From NCBI GenBank assembly GCA_964520335.1, contig CAZFNE010000001.1, forward strand, positions 1 to 49,306: a stretch of 49,306 bases of DNA, given 5' to 3'. Source of the DNA: an uncultured Methanosarcinales archaeon (GTDB taxonomy: Archaea; Halobacteriota; Methanosarcinia; Methanosarcinales; Methanosarcinaceae). The position numbers were made by a program, and so were the translations under genes. Positions within the stretch are counted from its first letter, which is position 1, and every line of letters begins with the position of its first letter. The notes under the pieces were generated by a model, which was not told the DNA's origin, ran no database searches, and saw only the letters and a program-made list of their open reading frames with translations. Positions 9,921-20,401 of the stretch are shown in pieces.

Positions 9921-10697
9921 TTAAAGACAGGCACCAGCTTTTGCAGATTTGCATTCACATGACCTGCTTTTGGGGATAAATTCTATTGTATTTGAGATAA
10001 GTTGAAAAATAGATTCCTGGGCTTTTCCTACAACTTCGGTTACTTCATCTGCAGTTAATTTCTCAGTGGCCATTCCACAGGCCTGGTTTGTCACAATAGC
10101 GAGCGAAGCATAACACAGGCTAAGCTCTTTTGCAAGAGTTACTTCGGGAACGCCTGTCATTCCTACAACGTCGGCAAACTGGCTCATCATACGTATTTCT
10201 GCCCTGGTCTCAAAACGGGGACCTTCCGTACAGGCATATACACCTTCTGTATATGAAAAACCCTGCCTTTCCAGGGCGTTTTTAAAGGCATGCTTGATTT
10301 CCGGACAATAAGGTTCGGTAACATCTACATGCAATGTTGTATCATCATAAAAAGTTGAAGGCCTGTTTCGGGTAAAATCTATAAAATCGTCAAGAAGCAC
10401 AAAACTTCCAACTGGATGTCCTCGCATTGAACCAACTGAGTTGGTAGAAAGAACTCGTTTTATTCCAAGGTCATTTATGGCCCATATATTTGCCCTGTAA
10501 TTTATTTTATGGGGAGGGATATGGCTTTGCCCTGCATGCCTTGGGATGAGTGCAACTCTTTTCTTCCCTATCTCGGTTAAATATGTATTAACTTTTCCAT
10601 AAGGAGTGGATACTCCAAACGGTTCTACGGCTTTAAATGAAGTGAAGCCTACACCCCCTAATACTGCAACATCAATAGTTTCAGGTTTGCATCCCAT
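9921..10697 (-). CDS. S-methyl-5'-thioinosine/thioadenosine phosphorylase (MTAP family)
   Basis: PRHA..HIPPHKINYRANIWA, EGPRFETRAE, VGMTGVPE; VTNQACG in place of DxD suggests 6-oxopurine (MTI) specificity. Confidence 0.9.
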   Translation of the reverse strand: MGCKPETIDVAVLGGVGFTSFKAVEPFGVSTPYGKVNTYLTEIGKKRVALIPRHAGQSHIPPHKINYRANIWAINDLGIKRVLSTNSVGSMRGHPVGSFVLLDDFIDFTRNRPSTFYDDTTLHVDVTEPYCPEIKHAFKNALERQGFSYTEGVYACTEGPRFETRAEIRMMSQFADVVGMTGVPEVTLAKELSLCYASLAIVTNQACGMATEKLTADEVTEVVGKAQESIFQLISNTIEFIPKSRSCECKSAKAGACL

Positions 10698-10802
10698 TTT
10701 ATCCCTTTTACTTTTTCTGATGTATTTTGTAAAGTTTACCCATTTCCTTTTATTGCTTTAAGAATTATTCCATTGATTCTGGTCAGATTTTTCTCAGGCT
10801 TT

Positions 10803-11957
10803 TTATAATTCTGATTTGTTATCTTCAGGTGATTCCTTTTTTTTTCTTTTGCTGCTGCCTCCGTTTTTAGCGTTCTGGTTTGTAACCGAGTATCTTATAC
10901 CTATAAGAGCAAGGAGAACTGCAATTGCTATTGAGTATATGAAATACTGAAGGGCAAGCTGGATATTATTTGTAGGGCCTTCAGAAAGGGACGCGATAGC
11001 TAGAATGTATGTGCTTGCACCCCAGAAAAGCAGGCCTGTTGAGATTATAAAGAGAGATCTGGAGATATTTTTATGAATTGGTCTATTTTCCATCCGTAAA
11101 TCAAAGATTTTCCCAAGGCCCGCGAGCAGGAGAGCTCCTACATACCACCAGACTGAGACGTTTATAAATAAGGAGATTAACGTGAGGGTTCCATAAAACC
11201 AGACTCCACTCGTCGAATATAGGCTCCATACTACCATTGCTCCGTACGCGGTAGCAACAATACTTATCAGAAAAGCAGCTGTATAACTGATGAAAACCAT
11301 TCTTTGCTTAAGAAAAGCCTCCCAGAGCCTTTCTTTTTCAAGAGCAACTAAATCATCAAGCCCGAATCCACGATACAGCATGTAAAGCCCGACTGCTGCA
11401 AGAATTCCTACAACTGCACCTTCAGGGTAACGGGCAAGTAGAAATATGGCATAAATGAGAAAAGCAAGCCCAAGTGGAACAAAGAAAGTTTGGGAGATTT
11501 TAGGATCACTGAAAGCATGCTTCAGGATGTAGTAAGTACTTTCAAGGTTTTTACTTTGCATCACTACAATTCTTTTGACGGAATCTATTTTCATACGAGA
11601 CTGTACAATAGGTACAAGGGTCTCATCTTCTGCTCCGTCCGATACAAATACTGCCCTATTTACATTATTAGACCGAAGAAAAGCCTCAAGCTGTTCCGCA
11701 ATTTTCTGGTCCGAAATAACTCCAACATTTTTGTCTCCGGCAAAAGAAACTATTTCAGCATCAACTCCCTTTGCCCTCAGTTCATCAAGAATCCTGATTC
11801 CGCCAAAAATTGTATTTGTATCCGAATCCTCCGGATCTGCGATTCCAAGTGCAACAGCGGCCTGGACATTTGCTTCCCGCCCCACTATTGGAGTCCCTAA
11901 TTTTGCTTTTTCCCCTAAGTCATTATCTCTATCAATACATATAACTAAAGTTTGCAT
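10803..11957 (-). CDS. DUF373 family membrane protein
   Basis: LVICIDRDNDLG, DPEDSD.N, VSDGAEDE N-terminal domain followed by several TM helices. Confidence 0.9.
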   Translation of the reverse strand: MQTLVICIDRDNDLGEKAKLGTPIVGREANVQAAVALGIADPEDSDTNTIFGGIRILDELRAKGVDAEIVSFAGDKNVGVISDQKIAEQLEAFLRSNNVNRAVFVSDGAEDETLVPIVQSRMKIDSVKRIVVMQSKNLESTYYILKHAFSDPKISQTFFVPLGLAFLIYAIFLLARYPEGAVVGILAAVGLYMLYRGFGLDDLVALEKERLWEAFLKQRMVFISYTAAFLISIVATAYGAMVVWSLYSTSGVWFYGTLTLISLFINVSVWWYVGALLLAGLGKIFDLRMENRPIHKNISRSLFIISTGLLFWGASTYILAIASLSEGPTNNIQLALQYFIYSIAIAVLLALIGIRYSVTNQNAKNGGSSKRKKKESPEDNKSEL

Positions 11958-12624
11958 GTGTCCTCTGGAAACTCAATTACATCTCTCACAGTATCAAAAC
12001 CTGCATAGAGAGCTGCTTTAAAGGGAATTCCCGTCTAGCTATGCTTTTTTACTTTTGCAAAACAATCAGGAAATTTTTCATTTAGTTGGATATTCTTAGT
12101 CTTTACTATAGTATTTTAATTTATACTTTATAACTTTAGCAGGGTACGCCTTATTCCTAAATTCCAGAATAAAATAATCAATTTGTGGAAAATTTGATTA
12201 TCCTAACGAAACCTATGAGAAAGACTTTTTATTATTTTAATATCTTTTGATTTTTTATAAATACTCTTTTTTTATAGGAAATCAGGGAAAATTGAGTAAT
12301 TGTTTAACTTTTTATCTGTACAAAAATATTGTCAAAATATAACTGCCAAAACCTTACTAAAAGCTTTCGAGATAAAGTCCTAAATTTAGATCTTATTCTT
12401 CTTAAATAAATTAATTCTATGAGTTTTTAGGAACACTCCTGTAGTTAATTTTAGTTTTTTTATTTTAAGTGTCTTTTCAATTTATTTCTATATTCCTAAA
12501 TGATTATTAAAGAAGAAACTTCCAAGGATAATTTTATAATTAAGAAAGTCGATAAGTAAGTATCTAGAAACAATTTCTATTATAAAAAAAAGATTGTTTT
12601 TATAAATAATAATGAGGGGTTAAA

Positions 12625-12969
12625 ATGGTAAAAGCAGCCGAAAGCGAGAATAAAGGAATGAAAACTGATAAAAAAAGTTTCAATCTGCAAGAGAAGGTTG
12701 GAAAACTTGGAAACGACGTTGACGCTCTTGCAAAAAAGACAGGAGATGAGGCTTCAAAACTTGCAAAAAGCATAAATGGAGAAATAAAATCCCTTACAGA
12801 GGAAATAAAATCAGTAGACGTTAAAGAAGAGGTAAAAAGCTTAAATGGACGGGTCGAAAAACTTGTTGACTCCACAGGGGAAAGTGCAAAAAAACTAGCC
12901 TCAGAAATCAAAACAGATATTAAAAAATTAGTGAACAAAATTGAAAGCCAGATTTCAAAGAAAAAATAA
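12625..12969 (+). CDS. Small amphipathic helical repeat protein (LEA/apolipoprotein-like composition)
   Basis: GAGGGG RBS; K/E-rich; internal duplication TGDEASKLAKSINGEIKSL / TGESAKKLASEIKTDIKKL. Confidence 0.75.
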   Translation: MVKAAESENKGMKTDKKSFNLQEKVGKLGNDVDALAKKTGDEASKLAKSINGEIKSLTEEIKSVDVKEEVKSLNGRVEKLVDSTGESAKKLASEIKTDIKKLVNKIESQISKKK

Positions 12970-13393
12970 AGAAAATGAAAGGTAAAATACCAGAAAGAAT
13001 ATGAATTTTCCTTTTTAGATTTTTTACATTCTTTTTACCTTCATTCAATATTTTTTAATTTCTAATTTCCCAGTATTTTCAGGGTTACTATTGTTTTATC
13101 TAGCGAACTTTTAGAAATTAGCATGAGTTCTCTAAATCTTTTCTTGTCACTCTGTATTATTTTATTTAATTTTTAATTGCATTATTTTATATATTGTATT
13201 GTTTTAATATTTTTGAATAGATATTTTTTGAAATCGTCTTTTCGCTTGCATGTTTCAAAAGCCTATTTTTTAAGTAAGGCTGAATCTTAAAAAAATCCTT
13301 TATTCTCAAACTCATTAAATTTAAATAAAATGTTTGCATAGGATAGATGTAAATTTTTTAGTTTGATTATATAAACTCGTTAAGAGGGGAAAT

Positions 13394-13786
13394 TTGCAAA
13401 GATACTCTAGCTTCTTAAAGCGGTTTGTAGCGCTAACAATAGATCTTTTTGTAGTTATCTTTACTGTTTCGTTTGTTGAATTTTTAACAGGCGTTCTAAC
13501 AGGGATACTCCCTTATATCCTTATCTTTTTCATGAGCTGGGCATATTTTGTTTTTCAGGAAAGCTCAAGCAGGAAAGGAACTATAGGTAAACAGGCTATG
13601 AATCTGATTGTGACTGATCTTAAAGGGAATAGAATCTCTTTAATCCAGGCAACCAAGCGGTTTTTTGGAAGATTTATTGCAGCTATTCCCTTTTTTGCAG
13701 GATTTTTTTTGATATATTTTACCAGTAAAAAGCAGACATTCTATGATATTATCGCAAAAACAGTTGTTTTTATTTGTGAGGACTAA
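13394..13786 (+). CDS. RDD family membrane protein
   Basis: KRFVALTID, GTIGKQAMNLIV, QTFYDIIAKTVV; TTG start behind GAGGGG. Confidence 0.9.
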   Translation: MQRYSSFLKRFVALTIDLFVVIFTVSFVEFLTGVLTGILPYILIFFMSWAYFVFQESSSRKGTIGKQAMNLIVTDLKGNRISLIQATKRFFGRFIAAIPFFAGFFLIYFTSKKQTFYDIIAKTVVFICED

Positions 13787-14013
13787 TCTGTACTTGAATA
13801 CCGGTTTAAAACATAAAAAGAAGCTTCCGTTTGATTATTTCTTATTATCAAGCTTATTTTTTCCTTATATTGCTTGTTCTGTACATCAATTTACCATTCA
13901 ACTTAAATTATATATCTATCAATTTAATCTGTCAAAGGGAGCTTTTTTAAAGAATAATCTCTTATTTATAAAAGGAAACCTTTTTCCTTCCAAGCAACCA
14001 GGGGATCATTTCT

Positions 14014-14628
14014 ATGCCTGTTTCTTTTAATCAGAATAAATATTTTGAGGGAAATTCAGTAAGATTTCAGGATATCAGGCTAGGCAGTTTTCATGAGGGA
14101 GATTTTTCTCCCATACCTGAAAACATAAAAATATTTCTTGACATGGATGGAGTCCTTACCGATTTTGCCGGGGCCTGCGAAAAGCTTGGGGATAATATGA
14201 TGCTCTGGTATAATAGTGATAAAGAACTTTTCTGGAAATTCATCGCATCAGCAGGAATTGAGTTCTGGTCCAAAATGCCCTGGATGACCGGTGGAAAAGA
14301 ACTTTACAGCTTTATTAAAAATTCAGGTTTTTGTCCTACAATCCTTTCTGCACTTCCAGGCCCCGAGAGGAAAAAAGCTTTAACATATGCAAGGGCTGGA
14401 AAATTAGAATGGCTCAGAAAAGAGCTTGGAACTGATTATGCTGGAAATGCAGTCCTCTGTTTCCGTCCTGAAAAAGCCTTGCAGTCTGGAGTTTCAAGAG
14501 TCCTTATTGACGATAATTCCGAAAATATCCATGAATGGGAAGAAGCCGGAGGTATAGGAATTCTCCATAAAAATGCTGATTACACAATCCATTGCTTTAA
14601 TAAAATACTCAATAAAGAGTGGAAGTAA
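14014..14628 (+). CDS. HAD-superfamily 5'(3')-nucleotidase (NT5C-like)
   Basis: IFLDMDGVLTDF motif I, ILSA, K..W, LIDDNSENIHEWEEAGGIGILH. Confidence 0.85.
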   Translation: MPVSFNQNKYFEGNSVRFQDIRLGSFHEGDFSPIPENIKIFLDMDGVLTDFAGACEKLGDNMMLWYNSDKELFWKFIASAGIEFWSKMPWMTGGKELYSFIKNSGFCPTILSALPGPERKKALTYARAGKLEWLRKELGTDYAGNAVLCFRPEKALQSGVSRVLIDDNSENIHEWEEAGGIGILHKNADYTIHCFNKILNKEWK

Positions 14629-14797
14629 ATAACTATTTTAGATCACTTTTCATTCTTAAAAAAGGAAAATATCAGGACTTTTGAATAAGAGAGAAAAATA
14701 AAAGGGTTTAAAAATAAAAGCTTCTTATCATATTAGAACGGTTGCTTATTTTATGATATTTAAATAGATAGGAAACTATTTTTTAATAGGGATAAAT

Positions 14798-15088
14798 ATG
14801 AGCTTTGCACTTAATATAGAAACTAATTTTTCACCTGAGGAGGTGAAAGACACAATTCGCTCGGCTCTGGAACATGAAAAACATGTGGCAAAATATAAAG
14901 TTAAACGTTATTCTTTAATCTGCGAAGAATATGAAAAGAAATTTGGGTTTGATTCTAAGGAATTGAGAACAAAATTAGAAACTAAAGATATAAGAGAAGA
15001 AAGTGATTTTTTTAATTGGTATGCAGCAAAGAGAGGCCTGGACTACTGGAGTAAAAAACTTGTTATTATTTCGGATATAAGTATGTGA
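14798..15088 (+). CDS. Small hypothetical protein, antitoxin-like
   Basis: YEKKFGFDSKE...E.DFFNW pattern resembles small genes usually paired with DUF6516 toxins (recalled, not searched). Confidence 0.55.
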   Translation: MSFALNIETNFSPEEVKDTIRSALEHEKHVAKYKVKRYSLICEEYEKKFGFDSKELRTKLETKDIREESDFFNWYAAKRGLDYWSKKLVIISDISM

Positions 15089-15306
15089 ATTAGAAAATAA
15101 CCCAGGTTAAAAAAGAATTTATATTTTCCAAAATGACCTCTTTTACTTAAAGTCTTTTTTATATACTTAATTACCTTTTCAATAATCCTCAAGTGCAATA
15201 TAAGCGCAATATGGTACTATACAGAAATTTTGAAATAAATTATTTTTTGGCAGAAGTTTATCTATAATGGCAATATAATACCCTGCTCGGCAGATCGTTC
15301 TGATTC

Positions 15307-15347
15307 TTTCTAATAAGATTTTCTAATAAGATTTTCTAATAATAGAT
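15307..15347 (+). repeat. 13-bp tandem repeat (TTTCTAATAAGAT, about 3 copies) upstream of fae
   Basis: Units start at 15307 and 15320, with a degenerate third at 15333. Confidence 0.85.
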
Positions 15348-15387
15348 ATTCGGACTTACTGCTATAAAATAAATTTGAGGTGTAAAT

Positions 15388-15894
15388 TTGGTACAAACTG
15401 TTTTGAAAAGTATGGTAGGGGAGGCTCTTGTAGGCTCAGGCCCGGAAATTGCTCATATTGATCTCGTAATTGGACCTCGAGGAGGCCCTGTAGAAACAGC
15501 GTTTATAAATTCTCTCGCAATGCCAAGACAGGGTCATACTCCCCTTCTTGCAGTCCTTGAGCCCAATCTCCAGCCAAAACCCGTAACCTTACTTGTAAAC
15601 AAAGTTACAATCAAAAATGTAGCACAGGCTTCTTTGATGTTTGGACCTGCCCAAGCAGCAGTAGCAAAAGCAGTCATGGATTGCGTTGCAGAAAAAATCC
15701 TTCCAGAGGAACAGGCTGAGGATATTTTTATTATAGTATCTGTTTTCATTGAATGGGATGCAAAAGATAAGGAGAAAGTTTACGAATATAATTATGAAGC
15801 TACAAAACTTGCAATAAAACGCGCTCTGGAAAGTAGTCCAGCCGTTAAAGAAGCGCTTGCAAAAAAGGATTCAGCTAAACATCCTTTTGCCTGA
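15388..15894 (+). CDS. fae: Formaldehyde-activating enzyme (5,6,7,8-tetrahydromethanopterin hydro-lyase)
   Basis: VGEALVGSGPEIAHIDLVIG, GHTPLLAVL.PN, MFGPAQAAVAKAV, YNYEATKLAI, C-terminal HPF; TTG start behind GAGGTG. Confidence 0.95.
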   Translation: MVQTVLKSMVGEALVGSGPEIAHIDLVIGPRGGPVETAFINSLAMPRQGHTPLLAVLEPNLQPKPVTLLVNKVTIKNVAQASLMFGPAQAAVAKAVMDCVAEKILPEEQAEDIFIIVSVFIEWDAKDKEKVYEYNYEATKLAIKRALESSPAVKEALAKKDSAKHPFA

Positions 15895-16422
15895 ACCTGC
15901 TTTATATAGGTTTCAAAAAAGATATAAAAGAATCCTTTGTTCACAGTTTTCTGCTATCCAGGTCTCACAAATCTTGAAATTGCAGATAACATTTACTTTT
16001 TGGATAAAAATACTTCATTTGTATTATGTTAAAAAAGAATTTTACTGCAATTTCATTTCAATATTTTGTGAGCATAGAATTTTTAGCTTTTCTTTCTTAT
16101 TTGTTTTGTACCAATAGTTTCTTTATTATCCGCATTTTTTAATACATGTTTTATTTAGTCCCCGGTGCTCTTTCTGTAACTTCATGCACTCCCCTAAAAT
16201 TCATTTTTGAAATTCAGCAACTCTAGAGTATTTTTCTAATTTATTCCATTTTATACTCCAGGCTCATCTGCTAGATTTCTTCAGTAGTTTGAAAGGAGCA
16301 ATCTACGAGAAAAGCTTCAGGAGACTATATAAAAAATAAAAGCGCTGGCAGATAAATATTTATAATAAGTACCATTACTTTATATTAAGAAAAACATAAA
16401 AGAACTTTAAAGTGGGGAAAGT

Positions 16423-16830
16423 ATGAAAATTAGAGTAGTTAGTTCACGAGAGGAAATTTTCACCCTCAACCCAAATGAACGTATTGTACATCTGGCTTTT
16501 AGGCCATCAAATAAAGATATTTTTGCACTTGTTGAAACCTGCCCGAAAATAGAGGTAATTCAATTACCTAAATCCTACAGGCGCACAGTTTCAAAATCTA
16601 TAGAGATGTTCCTTGAGATGCAGAGAATCCAGCTCATCGAAGGCGATGTTTGGGGCCACAGGAAGGACATAAACGAGTATTACAGCATCCCATCTTCAGT
16701 AATTGAGAGAATAAAGGAAATGAAATCAGAAGGGACACCTGCTGAAAGGATTGAGGAGAAAGTCTCAAAAGAAAGCAAACTTAATCCTGAAATGGTTGCC
16801 TATATCCTGACAAAAGGAGCTTCGGCCTGA
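16423..16830 (+). CDS. DUF1699 family protein
   Basis: MKIRVVSSREEI..LNPNE..VHLAFRPSNKD, EGDVWGHRKDINEYY, typical of Methanosarcinales. Confidence 0.9.
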   Translation: MKIRVVSSREEIFTLNPNERIVHLAFRPSNKDIFALVETCPKIEVIQLPKSYRRTVSKSIEMFLEMQRIQLIEGDVWGHRKDINEYYSIPSSVIERIKEMKSEGTPAERIEEKVSKESKLNPEMVAYILTKGASA

Positions 16831-16855
16831 AACCTTCAGGCCAATTTTTCTTTTA
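16824..16855 (+). terminator. Hairpin plus T-tract after DUF1699
   Basis: GGCCTGAA-acc-TTCAGGCC followed by AATTTTTCTTTT. Confidence 0.6.
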
Positions 16856-17231
16856 TATTCTTGAATATTAAATTTTTGTAAAATTTGGAGAACACCGGAA
16901 ACTGGTAGCTATTTTCTCTTAAACTAAAGTATCATAACAACCTTTTAAGGCTTTTTTACTTAATAGTGGGGACTCGTAGATAGAAGGATTTCTTGATTTC
17001 AATTTATATTTTGTTTATAAATTTTATTAATTTTAGTTACATAAAATATTTTTTCTCTTCTTTGCTTTCTTTTTTCTTTTTATTTCAGGTTCTTATCCTT
17101 ATCCCTCATCTATAAAACAAAACCTGAAAAATAATATCTTTCTGCAGTTAAAGAGCTCAAAACAGTAATAACTTATATACTTTTGATGACTGTAATATTT
17201 TTAGCCATATTTGACGAAAGGAGGCTAAGGG

Positions 17232-18029
17232 TTGGAACTGGAACTAATAGAAATGATTTTTCTTTCCGAGAAACGAAAGCAATTATTACTTTTTCTGAAA
17301 GAAGGCCCAAAAAACATGGATGAGATTACAAAAACACTTCAGGTAACTCCTACCGCTATTTTGCCTCAAATTAAAAAGTTGAAAGAAAAATTTCTGGTTA
17401 TCCAGGAAGATAAAAATTATGCCCTTTCTCTTATAGGAAAAGTTCTTGTTGAAAAAATGGAGCCTCTTGTAGATGTCATAGATGTTTTTGAAAACAACTT
17501 TGAATACTGGAGTGAAAGAGATTTACAGGGAATTCCTTCTGAATTTAGAAAAAGAATTGGCGAACTTGGAAAATGTAAATTAATCCAGCCTGATCTGGAT
17601 CGGATGTTTGAAATTGATCCAGAAATTGTTGAGAATCTCTTTAAATCAGAAGAGGTTTATGAATTCATATCTTACTTTCACCCGTCACTTATTCGCCTTT
17701 GCCAGGAGCTTGCAAAAGAAAAAGTTGAGGTATCTTTTTTAATGGCAAAACCAGTTTTTGAAAGATATTCCCAGGATTATGCACAGGATTTCAAGAACCT
17801 GCTGACACTTAAAAACTTAAAATTCTTTGTTTATTCTGGAGAACTTAAAATCTCGAATCTCATAGTTACGGATAAATTCTTCCTGCTTTCTCTTTTCCCA
17901 AAAAATCCCAGGCATTTTGACATGGATAGTCTTATAAGTTATGAGCCTTCAGCCATAAAATTTGGAAAAGAGCTTATCGAAAAATTGCTTGAAAATTCAA
18001 ATCCTATTATTCAAATACCTTCGGAATGA
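17232..18029 (+). CDS. ArsR-like wHTH transcriptional regulator with DUF1724 domain
   Basis: IFLSEKRKQLLLFLKEGP, ILPQIKKL, YW..RDL.GIP, LIVTDKF.LLSLF. Confidence 0.9.
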   Translation: MELELIEMIFLSEKRKQLLLFLKEGPKNMDEITKTLQVTPTAILPQIKKLKEKFLVIQEDKNYALSLIGKVLVEKMEPLVDVIDVFENNFEYWSERDLQGIPSEFRKRIGELGKCKLIQPDLDRMFEIDPEIVENLFKSEEVYEFISYFHPSLIRLCQELAKEKVEVSFLMAKPVFERYSQDYAQDFKNLLTLKNLKFFVYSGELKISNLIVTDKFFLLSLFPKNPRHFDMDSLISYEPSAIKFGKELIEKLLENSNPIIQIPSE

Positions 18030-18385
18030 CCTTGATTTCATCCAGATGTACTGCTGCATATAAATATAGCCAACATAATTTAGAAGAACAGGTTTAAGAA
18101 GCACAGGTAACGAATTATGCGTTCCTAAAAATATTAATATTTTTATATTCTTATTATGCTCTTCTTACTCATGGTTTAATGCGTCATAATAAAATCGGCA
18201 TATAAATAAAAATAGGTAGAATAAATGAATTTTGAAGCTTATCCGAAGGCATCAAGTAGTTTTGTTTAAATCTAAACTCCCTAATTTTGTTCATTGAAAG
18301 GGTAATATCTAAAAGGAAAACTTTCGTTTAATCATTTAATTTTCATTATTATTGCATTTATTGATCTTTATCAGGAGGCATTTAA

Positions 18386-19495
18386 ACGGCAAGCAAAGTA
18401 TATTTTGCAAATCTTAAAGCAAGAAATCCGCAGGAAAGCACAATAAGTAAAATCCAGAAGTTGTTCGAAGAAGCAGGTTTTGTTGAACTTCTGGGTGTAG
18501 ATGACCTGACTGCAATTAAAATTCATTTTGGGGAATATGGAAATGATAGTTATGTGAATCCTGTCTTTGTCAGGCAGGTTGTAGAAAAAATAAGGGCTGC
18601 AGGGGCAAAGCCTTTTGTTACAGATACCAATACCCTTTATTCAGGCAGCCGACATAATGCAGTTGACCATCTTATAACGGCAATAGAACATGGTTTTGAT
18701 TACTCAGTCATAAGAGCTCCGCTTATTATCTCTGACGGTTTAAAAAGCCAGAATGCCCAGGAAATAGAAATTGGACTTAAGCATTTTAAATCTGTAAAAA
18801 TAGGTTCGGATATTGTTGCTGCAGACTCAATGATTGTGATGTCTCATTTTAAAGGACATATTGTAGCAGGTTTTGGCGGCGCTATCAAAAACCTGGCTAT
18901 GGGTTGCGCCCCAGCAGACGGGAAAAAAGACCAGCATTTCAGGACAAGCCCGCATGTGGTTGAGGAAAAATGCATTGCTTGCGGCAAGTGTGTTGATATC
19001 TGCCCTGTAGGAGCTTCTGCGCTTTTAGGAGAGACTTCTTCAATCGCCCGTGAAGTTTGTATAAGCTGCGGACAATGTATGGAAGCCTGCCCTGTTGGGG
19101 CTATTGATATAGACTGGGAAAATGATATCCCTGAATTTCTTGAATGTGTAACGGAATATGCATATGGGGCTGTGAAGGGAAAAGAAAACAGAGTCGGTTA
19201 TATTAATTTCCTTCTGAAAATAACGCCTGACTGTGATTGTGTCCCCTGGAGCGATGCTCCTGTTGTTCCTGATATAGGAATTCTTGCATCGAAAGATCCG
19301 GTTGCTCTCGATCAGGCAAGCTTCGATCTTGTAAACAGGCAGAAAGGGCTTACTAATTCAGCTTTGAAATGCAACCATGAAGCAGGAGCCGATAAGTTTA
19401 AAGGAATCTGGCCTATGATTGATGGGACCCGCCAGCTTGAATATGGGGAAAGAATAGGTCTTGGAAGCAGAAGCTATGAATTGATTGAGATTTGA
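18386..19495 (+). CDS. DUF362 family Fe-S protein with 2x[4Fe-4S] ferredoxin domain; natural start appears to be ACG
   Basis: AIKIHFGE.GN, SHFKGH..AGFGGAIKNLAMG, CIACGKCVDICP and CISCGQCMEACP, PDCDC; N-terminus (T/M)ASKVYFANL begins at ACG 18386 behind AGGAGG. Confidence 0.9.
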   Translation, partial: TASKVYFANLKARNPQESTISKIQKLFEEAGFVELLGVDDLTAIKIHFGEYGNDSYVNPVFVRQVVEKIRAAGAKPFVTDTNTLYSGSRHNAVDHLITAIEHGFDYSVIRAPLIISDGLKSQNAQEIEIGLKHFKSVKIGSDIVAADSMIVMSHFKGHIVAGFGGAIKNLAMGCAPADGKKDQHFRTSPHVVEEKCIACGKCVDICPVGASALLGETSSIAREVCISCGQCMEACPVGAIDIDWENDIPEFLECVTEYAYGAVKGKENRVGYINFLLKITPDCDCVPWSDAPVVPDIGILASKDPVALDQASFDLVNRQKGLTNSALKCNHEAGADKFKGIWPMIDGTRQLEYGERIGLGSRSYELIEI

Positions 19496-19807
19496 TCATT
19501 TCTATTCTCGAAGGCTTTTTCTTAAAATTTTTTTATTTTTTTGATCAAAACGCTTCTAGAAATGGTTATCTGTAGCTTCATACTTCTCTCTTCTGCTCAG
19601 GGTAATTCGATTAAATCTGCACCTTAAATTCTTTTTATAATTTTACATTTCATTTTCCATAATTATTTAAAAAACAAATTCACTGAGCAACTAATTCAAG
19701 TTAGCTTGAGTTATTCTCAAATCTATTTTTTAAAAAGATAAATATAGCACATATTCTAACTTAATATATGAGTTAATATTACCCAATTTTACTGGAGATG
19801 AATACGA

Positions 19808-19993
19808 GTGACAGTCTGGGAATACGATGTCAAAGAAATAAGATTCAGCGAGTGGTCAAAGACAAAAGAAGACCTGAATAACCTTGGGACTGAAGGCTGG
19901 GAACTCATTAAGTTTGCAGATGAAATCGACGAAAATGGGATGATAACAGCCGTTTTTAAAAGATCTGTAGATTATGTTGATGTCTCTTCGTGA
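19808..19993 (+). CDS. DUF4177 family small protein
   Basis: WEY...LNNLGTEGWELI...VFKR motif; GGAG RBS and GTG start. Confidence 0.85.
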   Translation: MTVWEYDVKEIRFSEWSKTKEDLNNLGTEGWELIKFADEIDENGMITAVFKRSVDYVDVSS

Positions 19994-20401
19994 GACCATT
20001 CTCTCAAATATAACTTCACATCTTTTTTTGATCAAAATCTTATTTGAATATTCAGGTCTCAAGTTTTTTTCTACTTTTTCTTTTAATAAATTATACTTTT
20101 TTAATGAGTATAACAATCGAGATCTATCTCGTATCACCTAACCTGATTTTTTACCCATTAAATGACTACTTTCCGCATGCTAAACTGAAGACTTTGAGCG
20201 CAGATCTCCAACAGATAATATTTTATTACTACCTTATTTAAAAATAGTTAGATTTAATAATTAAAGAGAAAACTATTATCACATTAAGTATTAAGATAGT
20301 TTACAAAAATAGAACTCCAGATATTCTAAAAGGCTAATAAAGCTTTAGATTGCGTTTAAAAATTTAAAACGAATTGTAGAGCTAAAAAAAGGAGGCTTTA
20401 A

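Noticed and set aside
11490..12021. Plus-strand ORFs of 136 and 148 aa
   Set aside because: Lie antisense to DUF373 with no family features
15857..16117. 86-aa ORF after fae, and similar F/I/L-rich intergenic ORFs (13743, 20044, 47233)
   Set aside because: Composition reflects AT-rich non-coding DNA; no RBS or motifs
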